DNA from: Nemertoderma westbladi
Lineage: Eukaryota > Animalia > Xenacoelomorpha
Reading direction: 5' to 3'
DNA length: 35,851 nucleotides
Assembly (NCBI GenBank): GCA_032718475.1
Contig: JAUCBJ010006438.1
Span: forward strand, 1 to 35,851
Shown here: positions 11,271-22,634 of the stretch, piece by piece
Layout of the letters: each line of letters opens with the position of its first letter
How positions within the stretch are numbered: the stretch's first letter is position 1
Translations under genes and position numbers: made by a program
Notes under the pieces: model-generated
Databases searched by the model: none
The model's input: the letters and a program-made list of their open reading frames with translations, nothing else
What the model was told of the DNA's origin: nothing

Positions 11271-13461
11271 AGGGTTTGGGGCAAGGTAAATGCGTCTGTT
11301 GATGTTATGCAAACCATGTGTTCATGGCATGACTTATTTGATACATCAGATTTAACTACCATCAATGTTCTTGATATTGTTAAGGAGTTTACATGGTGCA
11401 GCAACTATGCTGAACTTGCAGATTGCATCAGTGAGCAACATGTCAGCAATCCGGCATTGAGTAACTGTGACATGGTCGGTGGTGATTCTCAAGAAGATAA
11501 AAACAATCTATGCAATTCTGAAAGACCTAGTGATTCGGAAAATGTTTCTGGTAAAGATGATATGGATGTATTTCCAAGTAACTGAATTTGAATTTGAGTC
11601 AGAATCCGCATATACAATTTATAGCAAGAAAACGAAACGTAACGTTCTTAATGAATGTCCTTCATGAACCACTTTCAATTGTATATTGCAAATGTATATC
11701 AAGTTGTTTATCAGGAAAATTTGTCATAAAATTATATATTCGAGCGATTCGGGCGCCATTCTGCTTTAAAACACGATTACTAAAGTATTTGATTTCCAAA
11801 TTGGCACATTCGACATATTCTACTTACTTAAAATTAATCTCTACCTTTTAGGTGCAATGAATTCCTAGTCCCCATTTTGAACCATGCCACACATACTGCT
11901 GCGATTGGTCAAAATGTTAAATTAGATCACAAAATATTAATTACATTGTAGATTCCAGTCCCCACATTGAACAACAGCACCCATACTACAACGTGTGTTT
12001 GGAATGTTATATTAACTGTATGGAAAAGGGGACACTTGAAACTATCGCATTATACTGGGGTCAGTGAAATTTTCAAAACTCAAACACAAAATTACACACG
12101 TATTTGACAGGTTTGGGTGGAACAGGGGACATCGCCGAAATGATCTGAAATTTTCAGAATCCATTAATTTTAGTACGTAGATTCCATTTTTTATATAATT
12201 TCATTCCGGGGACGTCCCCGGATTGTAGATCGTCCCCGGTTTGTCGCTGTGTATTCATGCAATTGTCCCCTGTTTGAACCAGTTCACCTACACACCCCCA
12301 CACACACACACACACACCCCCCCCCCACACACACACACACACCCCTCTTTGTACAACCCCCATTCTGGGGACCGTTATTTCTATCGGTCGGTTTTGGGGT
12401 CGATATTGATTCCCTTATAATTTATTTATTCTTGGTTTAAATCAAATTATTTTGGCACCAATAGACTCAGGAGACCATTTTACGTCATTCTATTGTTTCA
12501 AAATTTATCAACTCTAAAGATTGCTTATTTGTTACTCATAGGTTGAACTGGGGTCCTCAAACATACACATTTCACTGGTGTGTTTAAGTTTTTCTCCAAT
12601 CACGACCCGGTCCCCAGTGTGATTGAGCACATTTCAGGTAGAGTTTACACAATCATTAACTCTACCGAATGTTAAACATTTAACAATGTGCAGCCGTGTC
12701 AGACAATATGTGATTGGATAACAAATAATGTTCTGGAATATTCTTGAGAAATAGAAAGGGTTCAATGGGCAGGCAGCCGTAATCTTCAAACCCTTGTATT
12801 CGTAACTAACTCGGCAATATGATTTTGATGTGAGGAAACGATACGTAGATTTCATTTTGCTACCAATTTTAACTAAATATTTTAATATTTTTATTGCTAT
12901 TTGTGATAATAATCAAAATAACCAATGAACTTGAAATAAATAATAAACTAAACCTAAGAAACATTTATTTAATTTCGCAGTATGTAGTGCCTAATAATAG
13001 TATATTATTGACTACATGATGTTCGTAACATTAATACAGTCGATAATATAGTTAAATGCTTTAATTCTGAATTACTTAATATATAAGAAGAAAACAATAC
13101 ATGTATTATTTCGTTTCTAAAATTTATATTTTAATAAGCGATTCATTTATTTCATACTGAATATTTAGAAAAATTGATGTTGATGTAGATTGTATTTTAG
13201 CTACCAATTCATTCCGGGGACGACGTCCCCGGATTGTAAATCGTCCCCGGTTTGTCGTTGTGTATTCATGCAATTGTCCCCGGTATGAATCAGGTACAAC
13301 GTAATCCTGTGTAATCTGTATCCGTATGAAATGTATATTTTTGAATACATATGATTGCATGAACATATCAAGTAGGATAGGGTACTAAGCAAGTTAAATT
13401 CTTTAGTACTAAATACATAAAAATGAAAACATACGATACGTTGGCCTAGGTATTATTTTAA

Positions 13462-14692
13462 GGCCCCGCGGTAGCGCTACATGGACATGATTTTTATATT
13501 GCCTTGTTAGAGCAACTTCTCATTGTCAGAAACGACCATAACTTGGTATGAAGGTCAATGGAAGATTTGTAATTATGAATAAAAATAAAAAATCAAATTT
13601 TTCAAAAATTTGGAAAAATATTAACAAATATTGACAAATTTTTGGACAAAAATCCAAAAACCTTCATCAGATTCAATCTTGAGTATTTTCCTTTCTAATT
13701 TTTCAAATCGCATCAAAAATGTATGCTCCTTCGATATCTCGAAGCAAAATTTCAAAAATTAATTAACAATTGTGATTTTGGTGCTGTTTTTTGTTTTGTT
13801 TATTGTTTAATTTTGACAAATTAAAAATTATAAATATTTTATTCAATTTTGGCCAATTATTTCCATATTGGAATAAAACAATCAGAATTCGAGATCAAGA
13901 TATCTGAAGAGAGAGCACATCAGAGAACCCCTCTGAGCAAAATTTTTGAAAATTTATTGAAAATTGAATTGTCTGAAGCTATTTTTATGCAAAAAAAAAC
14001 CATTCCGAGATAATTGCCTTTAAAATTTGAACCTTCCCGCGCAAAAATTGTCTGTTAATATGTGAGAAAGTTTGTCAATATATAGGTATCAACAAGAAAG
14101 CATAAACCATGCTAAAAATTTTGTTATGGGGGTATTCCTGGTAGCTGATTTCATTTCTGAGGTCAGTTTTCAATTTTAATGAAATCTAGTTTGTCTGAAT
14201 GTTTGTCTGTCGGTCTTTCTGACCATCCGACTTATCTGTCTGTCAAATATTAGAAAAGGGCACAGCATTGAGCTAAACGTTTAGCTATAGGGGTTTTCCT
14301 GGTCGCAGAATTCATTTCGAGTGTCAATTTTAACATTTGATGACTTCCAAATTGTCTGTTTCGCTGTCAGACTGTCGGTTATATTTTGACAGACAGACTG
14401 ACAGGCATACAGACAGAACCGACGAGGGCAAATTTGATTAATGACATCAGAAATGAAGTCACCGACCACGAAAACCCACACAGGGAATTTTATTAGACAA
14501 ATCGTATGTTTTTTATTGACGGACAGACATACTGACGGACAAACCGACAGTAAAACGGACAGACAGCAATATCTCGAGAAATAGGACAGATCTTGCTAAG
14601 CGGTTTTCAAATTTGCAATCTTGATAAATCTGCTCTAGATGAAATTAAAAACAATTTTTGAAAAAAAATATTGAAGTAGTGCTACCGGGGCC
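13462..14692. mobile_element. Kolobok-like MITE nested in copy 2
   Basis: TTAA at 13458-13461 and 14693-14696; TIR ggcccc(gc)ggtagcgctac / gtagtgctaccggggcc. Confidence 0.85.
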
Positions 14693-15180
14693 TTAAGTGT
14701 TTTTCTCTAATTCTCTAATTATATCAACTTTGTACAGTTCTAGAAAAATTGTTATAGGATCAAAAAGTTGAACTTTCTTGGTTATGCCTGGGATTCACAA
14801 GTGAGGATTTAAGTGCAAACAAGTTTCTATGTATAAAGTTGATATAATTGGAGAAAATTACAAACATACTTATAAGAAAGATGCACTTTATAGCGTTATG
14901 ACATTTTATAACACTCGCTTCGTTCAGATAATAAACACACTCTGGCCGACCTCTAAAAAGTGCTACTTTTTACAAAGTGTATTAATAGTAAATGAAATCA
15001 ATGTATAAAATAATTGTAAATACATGGATGCTGACGTGTTTATGGGGTTGAGAAGGAAGGAGAAATGGTATTGAATACAAGAAGAAGAAGGTGGAATAAC
15101 ACGGAAGTTATCAAATCTTACCCAAAAAGAAGCAGCGCAACTAGAAGATTGGACAATAAAGCAGAGATACAGAGTGATAT

Positions 15181-16050
15181 TGAAGGTTAAAGAAGTGGGT
15201 GGGGCTGGGTCGTTGGAGTTTAAAGGAGTGGGTGGGGCAGGGTTGTCTGATTTTAAAGGAGTGAATGGGACAGGGTTGTCGGAGGTTGAAGGAGTGGATG
15301 GGGCAGGGTCATTGGAGTTTAAAGGAGGGGGTGAGGCAGGATCGTCTGAGTTTAAAGGAGTGAGTGGGGCAGGGTTGTGGGAGGTTGAAGGAGTGGGTGG
15401 GGCAGGGTCATTTGAGTTTAAAGGAGTGGCTGGGGCAGGGTTGTCGGAGTTTAAAGGAGTGAGTGGGGCAGGGTTGTCGGAGGTTGAAGGAGTGTGTGGG
15501 GCAGGGTCATTGGAGTTTAAAGGAGTGGCTGGGGCAGGATTGCCGGAGTTTAAAGGAGTGGGTGGGGCAGGGTTGTCGGAGGTTGAAGGAGTGAGTGGGG
15601 CGGCAGGGTCGTCTGAGTTTAAAGGTGTGAGTGGGGCAGGGTTGTCGGATGTTGAAGGAGTGGATGGGGCAGGGTTGTCCGAGGTTGAAGGAGTGGGTGG
15701 GACGAGGTCGTTGGGGGTTGAAGGAGTGGGTGGGGCAGGGTTGTCGGAGTTTTAAGTAGTGAGTGGGACAGGGTCGTCTGAGTTTAAAGGTGTGAGTGGG
15801 GTAGGGTAGTCGGATGTTGAAGGAGTGGGTGGGGCAGGGTTGTCCGAGGTTGAAGGAGTGGGTGGGACAGGGTTGTCGGAGGTTGAAGGAGTGAGTGGGG
15901 CAGGGTCGTCTGAGTTCAAAGGTGTGAGTGGGGCAGGGTTGTCGGATGTTGAAGGAGTGGGTGGGGCAGGGTTGTCCGAGGTTGAAGGAGTGGGTGGGAC
16001 GAGGTCGTTGGGGGTTGAAGGAGTGGATGGGGCAGGGTCGTTGGAGGAGG
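15181..16050 (+). repeat. 33-bp minisatellite (~26 units), shorter version of the 9281-11270 array
   Basis: Same unit and same unique flanks as in copy 1. Confidence 0.95.
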
Positions 16051-17110
16051 ATAGGGTTTGGGGGCAAGGTTAACTGCGTCTGTTGTTGTTATGCAAACCA
16101 TGCGTTCATGGCATGACTTATTTGATACATCAGATTTAACTACCACCAATGTTCTTGATATTGTTAAGGAGTTTACATGGTGCAGCAACTATGCTGAACT
16201 TGCAGATTGCATCAGTGAGCAACATGCCAGCAATCCGGCATTGAGTAACTGTGACATGGTCTGTGGTGATTCTCAAGAAGATAAAAACAATCTATGCAAT
16301 TCTGATACTGATTCGGGAAATGTTTCTGGTAAAGATGATATGGATGTATTTTCAAGTAACTGAATTTGAATTTGAGTCAGAATCCGCTTATACAAATTAT
16401 AGCAAGAAAACGAAACGTAACGTTCTTAATGAATGTCCTTCATGAACCACTTTCAATTGTATATTGCAAATGTATATCAAGTTGTTTATGAGGAAAATTT
16501 GTCATAAAATTATATATTCGATTTGATTTCTTATTGTTTGTTGAAATAATAGATAGGGCAGTGAGGGGCGCCATTCTGCTTTAAAACACGATTACTAAAG
16601 TATTTGATTTCCAAATTGGCACATTCGACATATATATTCTACTTACTTAAAATTAATCTCGACTTTTTAGGGGACATTGAATTCCTAGTCCCCATTTTGA
16701 ACCATGCCACACATACTGCTGCGCTTGGTCAAAATGTTAAATTAGATCACAAAATATTAATTACATTGTAGATTCCAGTCCCCACATTGAACAACTGCAC
16801 CCATACTACAACGTGTGTTTGGAATGTTATATTAACTGTATGGAAAAGGGGACACTTGAAACTATCGCATTATACTGGGGTCAGTGAAATTTTCAAAACT
16901 CAAACACAAATTTACACACGTATTTGACAGGTTTGGGTGGAACAGGGGACATCGCCGAAATGATCTGAAATTTTCAGAATCGATTAATTTTAGTACGTAG
17001 ATTCCATTTTTGATATCTTTTCATTCCGGGGACGTCCCCGGATTGTAGATCGTCCCCGGTTTGTCGCTGTGTATTCATGCAATTGTCCCCTGTTTGAACC
17101 AGTTCACCTA

Positions 17111-17555
17111 CACACACACACCCACCCACATGCATAATATTTAACACACAAATCCTCACCACTATTATTTATCTAATACAAAACTAATCTTTCTTTATAT
17201 ACCCATAATCGCACCATTGCATTAAATTATAATATTTAATTAAATTTTGAGGTCTATGCATTATAATATAATTATACTTACATGTGCTTAGATCCACCAG
17301 CGCGCCGCGCAACTTGAACAAAATAGTTTGTAATCACTTTCTCTATCTTCGCGTCAACACCATAGGCCTAGTGTTCAGTGAGAAAGCTAGAAGAAATTTA
17401 ATTGAAAATTAATTTAAATTTGTATCTCTAACTGAGCCTCGTGCTGCGCGAAGGCCCCACGGACGTGTTTTGTTAGGTTATTATGTTACGAGCTTCAAAC
17501 TATAGCAGTTCTTCCTAGGGTGCAGAATAAAGTTATTTACTTTACTTTCTTTACA
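17111..17555 (+). mobile_element. Probable 3' UTR and tail of the LINE interrupted at ~6250
   Basis: Resumes the CA tract and ends aataaagttatttactttactttctttac, a short tandem tail typical of CR1/L2-group elements. Confidence 0.6.
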
Positions 17556-17762
17556 TAAAATGAAACACAATAATATTATGTTCAAATTATCCTACTGCGT
17601 GAATGCGGGGCGAGCCATGAAAGTAAGTGTTCTCTAGATCTGTAGGTCCGTGTTTTGAAATGTGAATAACTCGGCTAATTCTCGATGAAATCTAATCAAA
17701 CTTAGTACACATGTTGTTTGGTAAAAGTTTATAAATTTTCCAATTAGAATTTGCGTGGGGTC

Positions 17763-18330
17763 TTCAGGATGAGCTAATGAAGAGACTAGCATTATGTTGA
17801 CTATACTTGCAAGCTTTAGTACAGAATATTGGACGATATGTCAATTTGATAGCACCGGTGGTGGAATGTCTTATGCTAGTTATTTGGTGATCAGATGTAC
17901 AGGACGAGTGCAACGAGGGTTGTAATGAAGACGAGAGTTTTAAATATAACTCGTAAACAACCTGGTTTAGCATATTAGACGGTTGACACTTTATCCAATA
18001 TTGCCAAAGGAATGTTTTAAGGCATATATTTGGTGACCAGGTTGTATAGGACGAACGCAACAAGTTTTGTAGTGGATACAAGTATCCATCTTCTATAAAT
18101 CGTGTTAAGGCAGGTTAAATACTCAAGTCAAGTTAAATAGTTAAAAAGCGTGTAAGGCTAAACTGAAATGGACCTCTGCTTTTTACAACCAGTTTATGCA
18201 TCACTGATTGATATCTTGGAAATGACGGTTTCCGTTTATCTAATAGAGATTAGTAACTTTCTTATAGACTTTCGTGCTGCGCGAAGGCCCCACAATGTGT
18301 CAATAAATGTTAGAAATAAATAAATAAATG
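17763..18330 (+). mobile_element. Highly degenerate LINE 3' fragment with (aaat)n tail
   Basis: Shares an exact 22-mer with the 17111-17555 UTR and ends aaataaataaataaat; the coding signal is weak. Confidence 0.4.
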
Positions 18331-19649
18331 TCATATGCCAACTTGCATTAGCGTCAATGTACTGTATGTGTACCGGCGTAGCCTATATGTACTGTAACAA
18401 TATGTGTACTGGCGTATTATACTGTAACAATTCCATATCAGTATGTAACAAATAATATGAAAAATTGTCTAACCTTTAATACATCTTAGAACGATTAATT
18501 TTCCCGATGGCATGTCTAGCGGTTTTTGCATATTTCTCGGCGAATGTGTTTCCATCCATCGTGCACAGATGGCAAAACTCGCAGCCGATAGTGATTGTGA
18601 GAAGTTGGAGAATTCGTCAATCTACAAAGATTAGAAAAAACTCCTCGCTTACTAACATTTTAGCTTACTAACATTTTAATGCTAAAATATATAAACACAT
18701 TAATAAAAATTATTAATTACTGATCTAGAACAAATAATAAGAAATCAAAAGAATACGTTTCGAGAACGTATCGAGCAAAGCAAACAGTCGGCTGAAGCCG
18801 GAAGCGATCCGAAGGCTCTTCTTTCGATAGCTACTACCCGAAGGTAGTAATCTTCAACAATTCCTGATTCTGTTTTACACAATTTGTTAAATAATTTAAT
18901 GTCAAATTCGACTTCCCATATAGGATAAAAGGATAAAGATGCCATTATCATTCTCACCTTATACTTTGCCAGTGCATTATTCTCCTTTAGGGCCTTTTCC
19001 CATTTGGCTAAATCCTCAGGAGAAGACTACTGGCTGGTCGGGGAACAGGAACTCTGACTGAAGAGTCTCTCCTTGAATCCATTCCATTATTTTTAAAGTT
19101 CCTTGGACACTCTTCAACTCCTCCTTCCTCCTTTATTTCCACCAAGGAGTGAACAATGTTGTGTAGAGGGGGCATGACAGGCAAAACACCCACCCCGCCC
19201 CCCTCTCGAAGTTTGTTTATTGTGCAAAAATTGTTTTTAACAATATTTAGATATTTACTGTACTGTAACTAAAACGCAAGCAGCCTTTCGGATCTCGTGC
19301 ATGGTCTCTGTGGCACATGCCTTATTGGTCTCATTGACAACCGCACATTAGGACTGATATATCTGTAGGGGTGTAGGCCTACTGTAGGTATGGCTCTTTG
19401 GAACCGTACTGAAAAACATCCATGTACTGTAAGTTACGGTCCAGGAAAACCAAAACATGAACACATTTGGTTCATGTGGATGCACTGAGTAGGTGTGTTA
19501 AACAATCTGCACTGGCAAGGACTGGACAATAACGATAATGAAAACAATGGGGATTCACGTGCAAAGTTCTGTACCAGAGCAGGGCCTAATAAAGATGACA
19601 TTAGGATAACATTATAATAATATTGTCATTCAAAGCAGTTGAAGTATGA

Positions 19650-20073
19650 CCCGCCAACATTCGAAAAACAACGTTAGAATAACCTTTTCGCATCATTGTT
19701 AATACAATGCTATGATTCATCCCCAATGTAAATTCATTTCCAATGAAAATATTCTGATTTGAACATTTCAATAACGTTGTAAATACATTATAATATCAAT
19801 AGTATGTAATATAGTATTAGAATATCATTCAAAATATGTTGCGATTATATGTGTTAAATAATAAACATTGCTGTTCGAATGTATTCTGAATGTCATTTCA
19901 CTATCTGAATTTTAATATTAGTATTTAAATATTATTTTAGATTTTTTCAATATTAAAATGTAAAATTTTGGGTTATTCTCAAATAATTTGTCTCATTGCA
20001 CTATTGCACAACTTTTTAGCAGCATTAAATTTCAAATACAAAATTAATCCTCGGATACTTCTGGTTTGCAGGG
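19650..20073. mobile_element. Possible MITE with short imperfect CCC-start TIRs
   Basis: tga-cccgccaac...gtttgcaggg-tca around an AT-rich interior; TSD not resolved. Confidence 0.3.
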
Positions 20074-20914
20074 TCATTTTATAGTCTTTGTAACTTATAC
20101 TACTATACTGCTGCTGTTGCCATTTGTGTTACAATCTATATTATTTCATATTCAACTGTGCTGTTATTACTGGAACCATTAACACTGAGAAACACAAACT
20201 CTGTTATTTTCCCAACGGCCTTCGGCCAAAGATACCAGCCCAGCAGACCAGCAGCTAAGTGATGCATACAATCTTACCCGGTTGGGATCATAGAACTCAA
20301 TCCCGTCACATGTATAGCGGTATTGCCAGGCGCCTGCTGGAGGAAGCGGAGAATTCGCGCCTCGGACTCGGCGGTCTGCGACCTCGGACTGGGCCAGCAG
20401 GATGAACGCGAGGGAGTCGAGGTTGAGTGGCGGGGCAACGCCGCCAGCGGCCTCCTCCATGGGGCCGTCGCCTCGCGCCTCGTCCGTGTTAGAGTCGCTG
20501 CGGTTTCTTGCGTGGCATTGGGGAGAGGAAACATCCTTAACAGCCCCGGATGAGTTTAGTGGGGAGGGAAGGAACCAGTGAAGGCCGTGAGGCACCTGTG
20601 AGGGTCCGGCATGGTTCAATCCCTATTTACTAGTCCCGCGGGAGGGGGAGGGGTTCAGAGAACCGCGTAGGGTGATCCTACACATTACTGCGCCATGTAT
20701 TATGCATATATCGCATATATTATATGGTACCAGTATACCAACTACAGAAGGGCCGTGGCTTCATGTAGGCCGCGGTGTACAGTACTACAGCAAGAGAACC
20801 TAAAGATAATAAAACTAGCCTAGCGCCATCTACAGGTCGCAAGGTGTAATAAACTATTGTATGTACAATAGCTCACAGCACTGTAAGAGTAAGAGTAATA
20901 AAAAAAGTAGTAAA

Positions 20915-21070
20915 AAGTAGTTGGTGTCCTCAGCAGTTAGAGCCAAGCATGAACTCCCATAGTGGAGAACAGGAACTACTGCTGCTCTAAATAATCGGAC
21001 CATAAGATACCGATGAATTCTATGTGACTTCCAAATCCTGGAAAGCGCATTCAAGGCTGTAGGCCTACTT
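20915..21070 (-). mobile_element. RTE-clade LINE ORF fragment (post-RT region)
   Basis: ALNALSRIWKSHRI...RLFRAAVVPVLHYGSSCLALT matches the RTE motif AF..L..IW....I....K.RL..A.V.PVL.YG.E.W.L. Confidence 0.75.
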
Positions 21071-22508
21071 ATTGGGTTCTTAATTAATATTTTGATCAAA
21101 ATATTTTTCGATTTGACGATTACTATTTAATAATAATTATCAAATGAGTTAAAATTTAATAGCATTTCTTTAATTAGGGAGAAGTTTTTAATTAAGTTAT
21201 AGAAACTTGATGCAATAAACTCAAAATTAACGGCATTCATGTACAACTAAAACTGTAACTTACTGTACATAGTTTATCATTTATTATCATTAATTTGCGA
21301 GTTCTCACTGGTGTTTACAGAAAAGATAAAAATATCAGCAACTTCAGTACTAAAGAAAGTATAGGAAATCACACTGTTAATGACGTGATTGTGATTGTGT
21401 AGGTCTACAGTTCATAAATAATAATATAAAATTTTTTTTTTAAATAGACTTAAGCCTATAACAGAGTGGAAAAGGCTAAAATCTTTTTAGTATATTTTTT
21501 GTTTAATATTACGATACGATTAATACGATGATATGATGATACGATGATACAATTGGAATATTTCTTAAAATTAATATATTTCAAAAATATTCTTTCATCA
21601 AAATACAAAATTAAATATTAAATTATTAATATATCCAATTAATTCGGCACTCAATTGCAAGATGACCCGTAATACAGGGTCATTTTCAGATGACACGGAC
21701 CCCCCCCCCCCCCCCCCCCCTTTTCTATAAATCTCTATCATATTGCTTCAAATTTTAAATACAACTACTTCAATGCCTTTAATTATATTTTAAAAGCGGC
21801 TAAAATGTGTCTTTAGCGAAATTTCACGTCCGCATCATAAAAAAAAGACAACTATATTACGGGTCATGGTGTAAAAACATAATATATTACGCGAATTATG
21901 TGTCAGTTTATCTTTGTCGAATATTTAATATTTGTTAAACATTTTCTTGAATCTGAATGTAGGATTGCCATTCTTGTCTGTCTTCTAAGAGCTCAAACAT
22001 ACTAGTGAACTCTTTAAAATTTAGATTAATATTTCACAATAAAAATAAAGTTAAATTAAAAAGAAACACAAAATATTAATATAATTTCAATAAACAATTT
22101 CATTAAACAAATATATTTTATTGGTGTTGATTTATTTCTTTTTGCTTTAACGTTTCTCGGCGAAAATTCAGTGAAGAACTGTTTCAAAAGTGGTAAATAA
22201 ATTATTTCTTTAAAATCTTCTAAAATAATCTAAAAAAGAAACGATAAAAAAAAATTATATAATAACCACAATCCTAATAATCATCACTATCTGGGGTCTA
22301 TTTTTTATTCGATCTAAATTATAGAATTATATAATAAGATACAGTATGATAATCATAATAAGGTATCTAAAATATACTAAATATTATACAGTAGTCCCTG
22401 TTCTTATTCATATAGTTTATTAAGTTGTCCGAAGGCAGCAGTAGTTTATACAATTTCTTTGGTAAATCTGATTGTTCGCATGGTTATTGTCCTCTCCTAT
22501 GCTGCAGC

Positions 22509-22568
22509 TTATTGCATATTCATTGCGTATGTTCCAGCACACCAATATGCAGGATTGCCATCTTTATC
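22509..22568 (-). CDS. MACIT-type (collagen XIII/XXIII/XXV, col-99-like) collagen, terminal coding exon DKDGNPAYWCAGTYAMNMQ*
   Basis: Acceptor catttctatag at phase 0, stop TAA at 22509-22511; joined to the upstream exon it gives CPV-DKDGNPAYWC, the same C-x11-C spacing as COL13A1 CPLGEDGLPVQGC. Confidence 0.8.
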   Translation of the reverse strand, partial: DKDGNPAYWCAGTYAMNMQ

Positions 22569-22634
22569 CTATAGAAATGCATAATATTTGTATATGATTA
22601 GTTTATTTTTTTAACTATCTAATGTTTCTAAGTA

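Larger units (their letters stand above)
6264..12290. mobile_element. Unclassified composite element, copy 1 (6027 bp), flanked by (CA)n
   Basis: Colinear with 12342-17110; same ends cccctctttgtacaacc...tgtttgaaccagttcaccta; interrupts the LINE between the ORF2 end and its 3' UTR. Confidence 0.8.
12342..17110. mobile_element. Unclassified composite element, copy 2 (4769 bp), flanked by (CA)n
   Basis: Same termini and internal order as copy 1, with many substitutions and indels; CA/C spacer at 12291-12341 and CA tract after 17110. Confidence 0.8.

Noticed and set aside
9409-16073. Gly-rich GAGLSEFKGV ORFs as an intact silk/elastin-like host gene
   Set aside because: They are interrupted by stops and frameshifts and lie within a duplicated mobile unit; kept only as a possible decayed frame.
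6264-17110. Assembly artefact (haplotype duplication) as the explanation for the tandem units
   Set aside because: The duplication is bounded exactly by CA tracts and excludes the flanking LINE, and the copies have private insertions. This is unlikely but needs long-read confirmation.
18975-19010. GKGPKGE as another collagen exon
   Set aside because: Only two triplets followed by a stop, no suitable acceptor, and it lies downstream of the identified stop exon.
21662-21867. 13-bp inverted repeat atgacccgtaata around a C run
   Set aside because: Probably a MITE remnant, but termini and TSD could not be defined.
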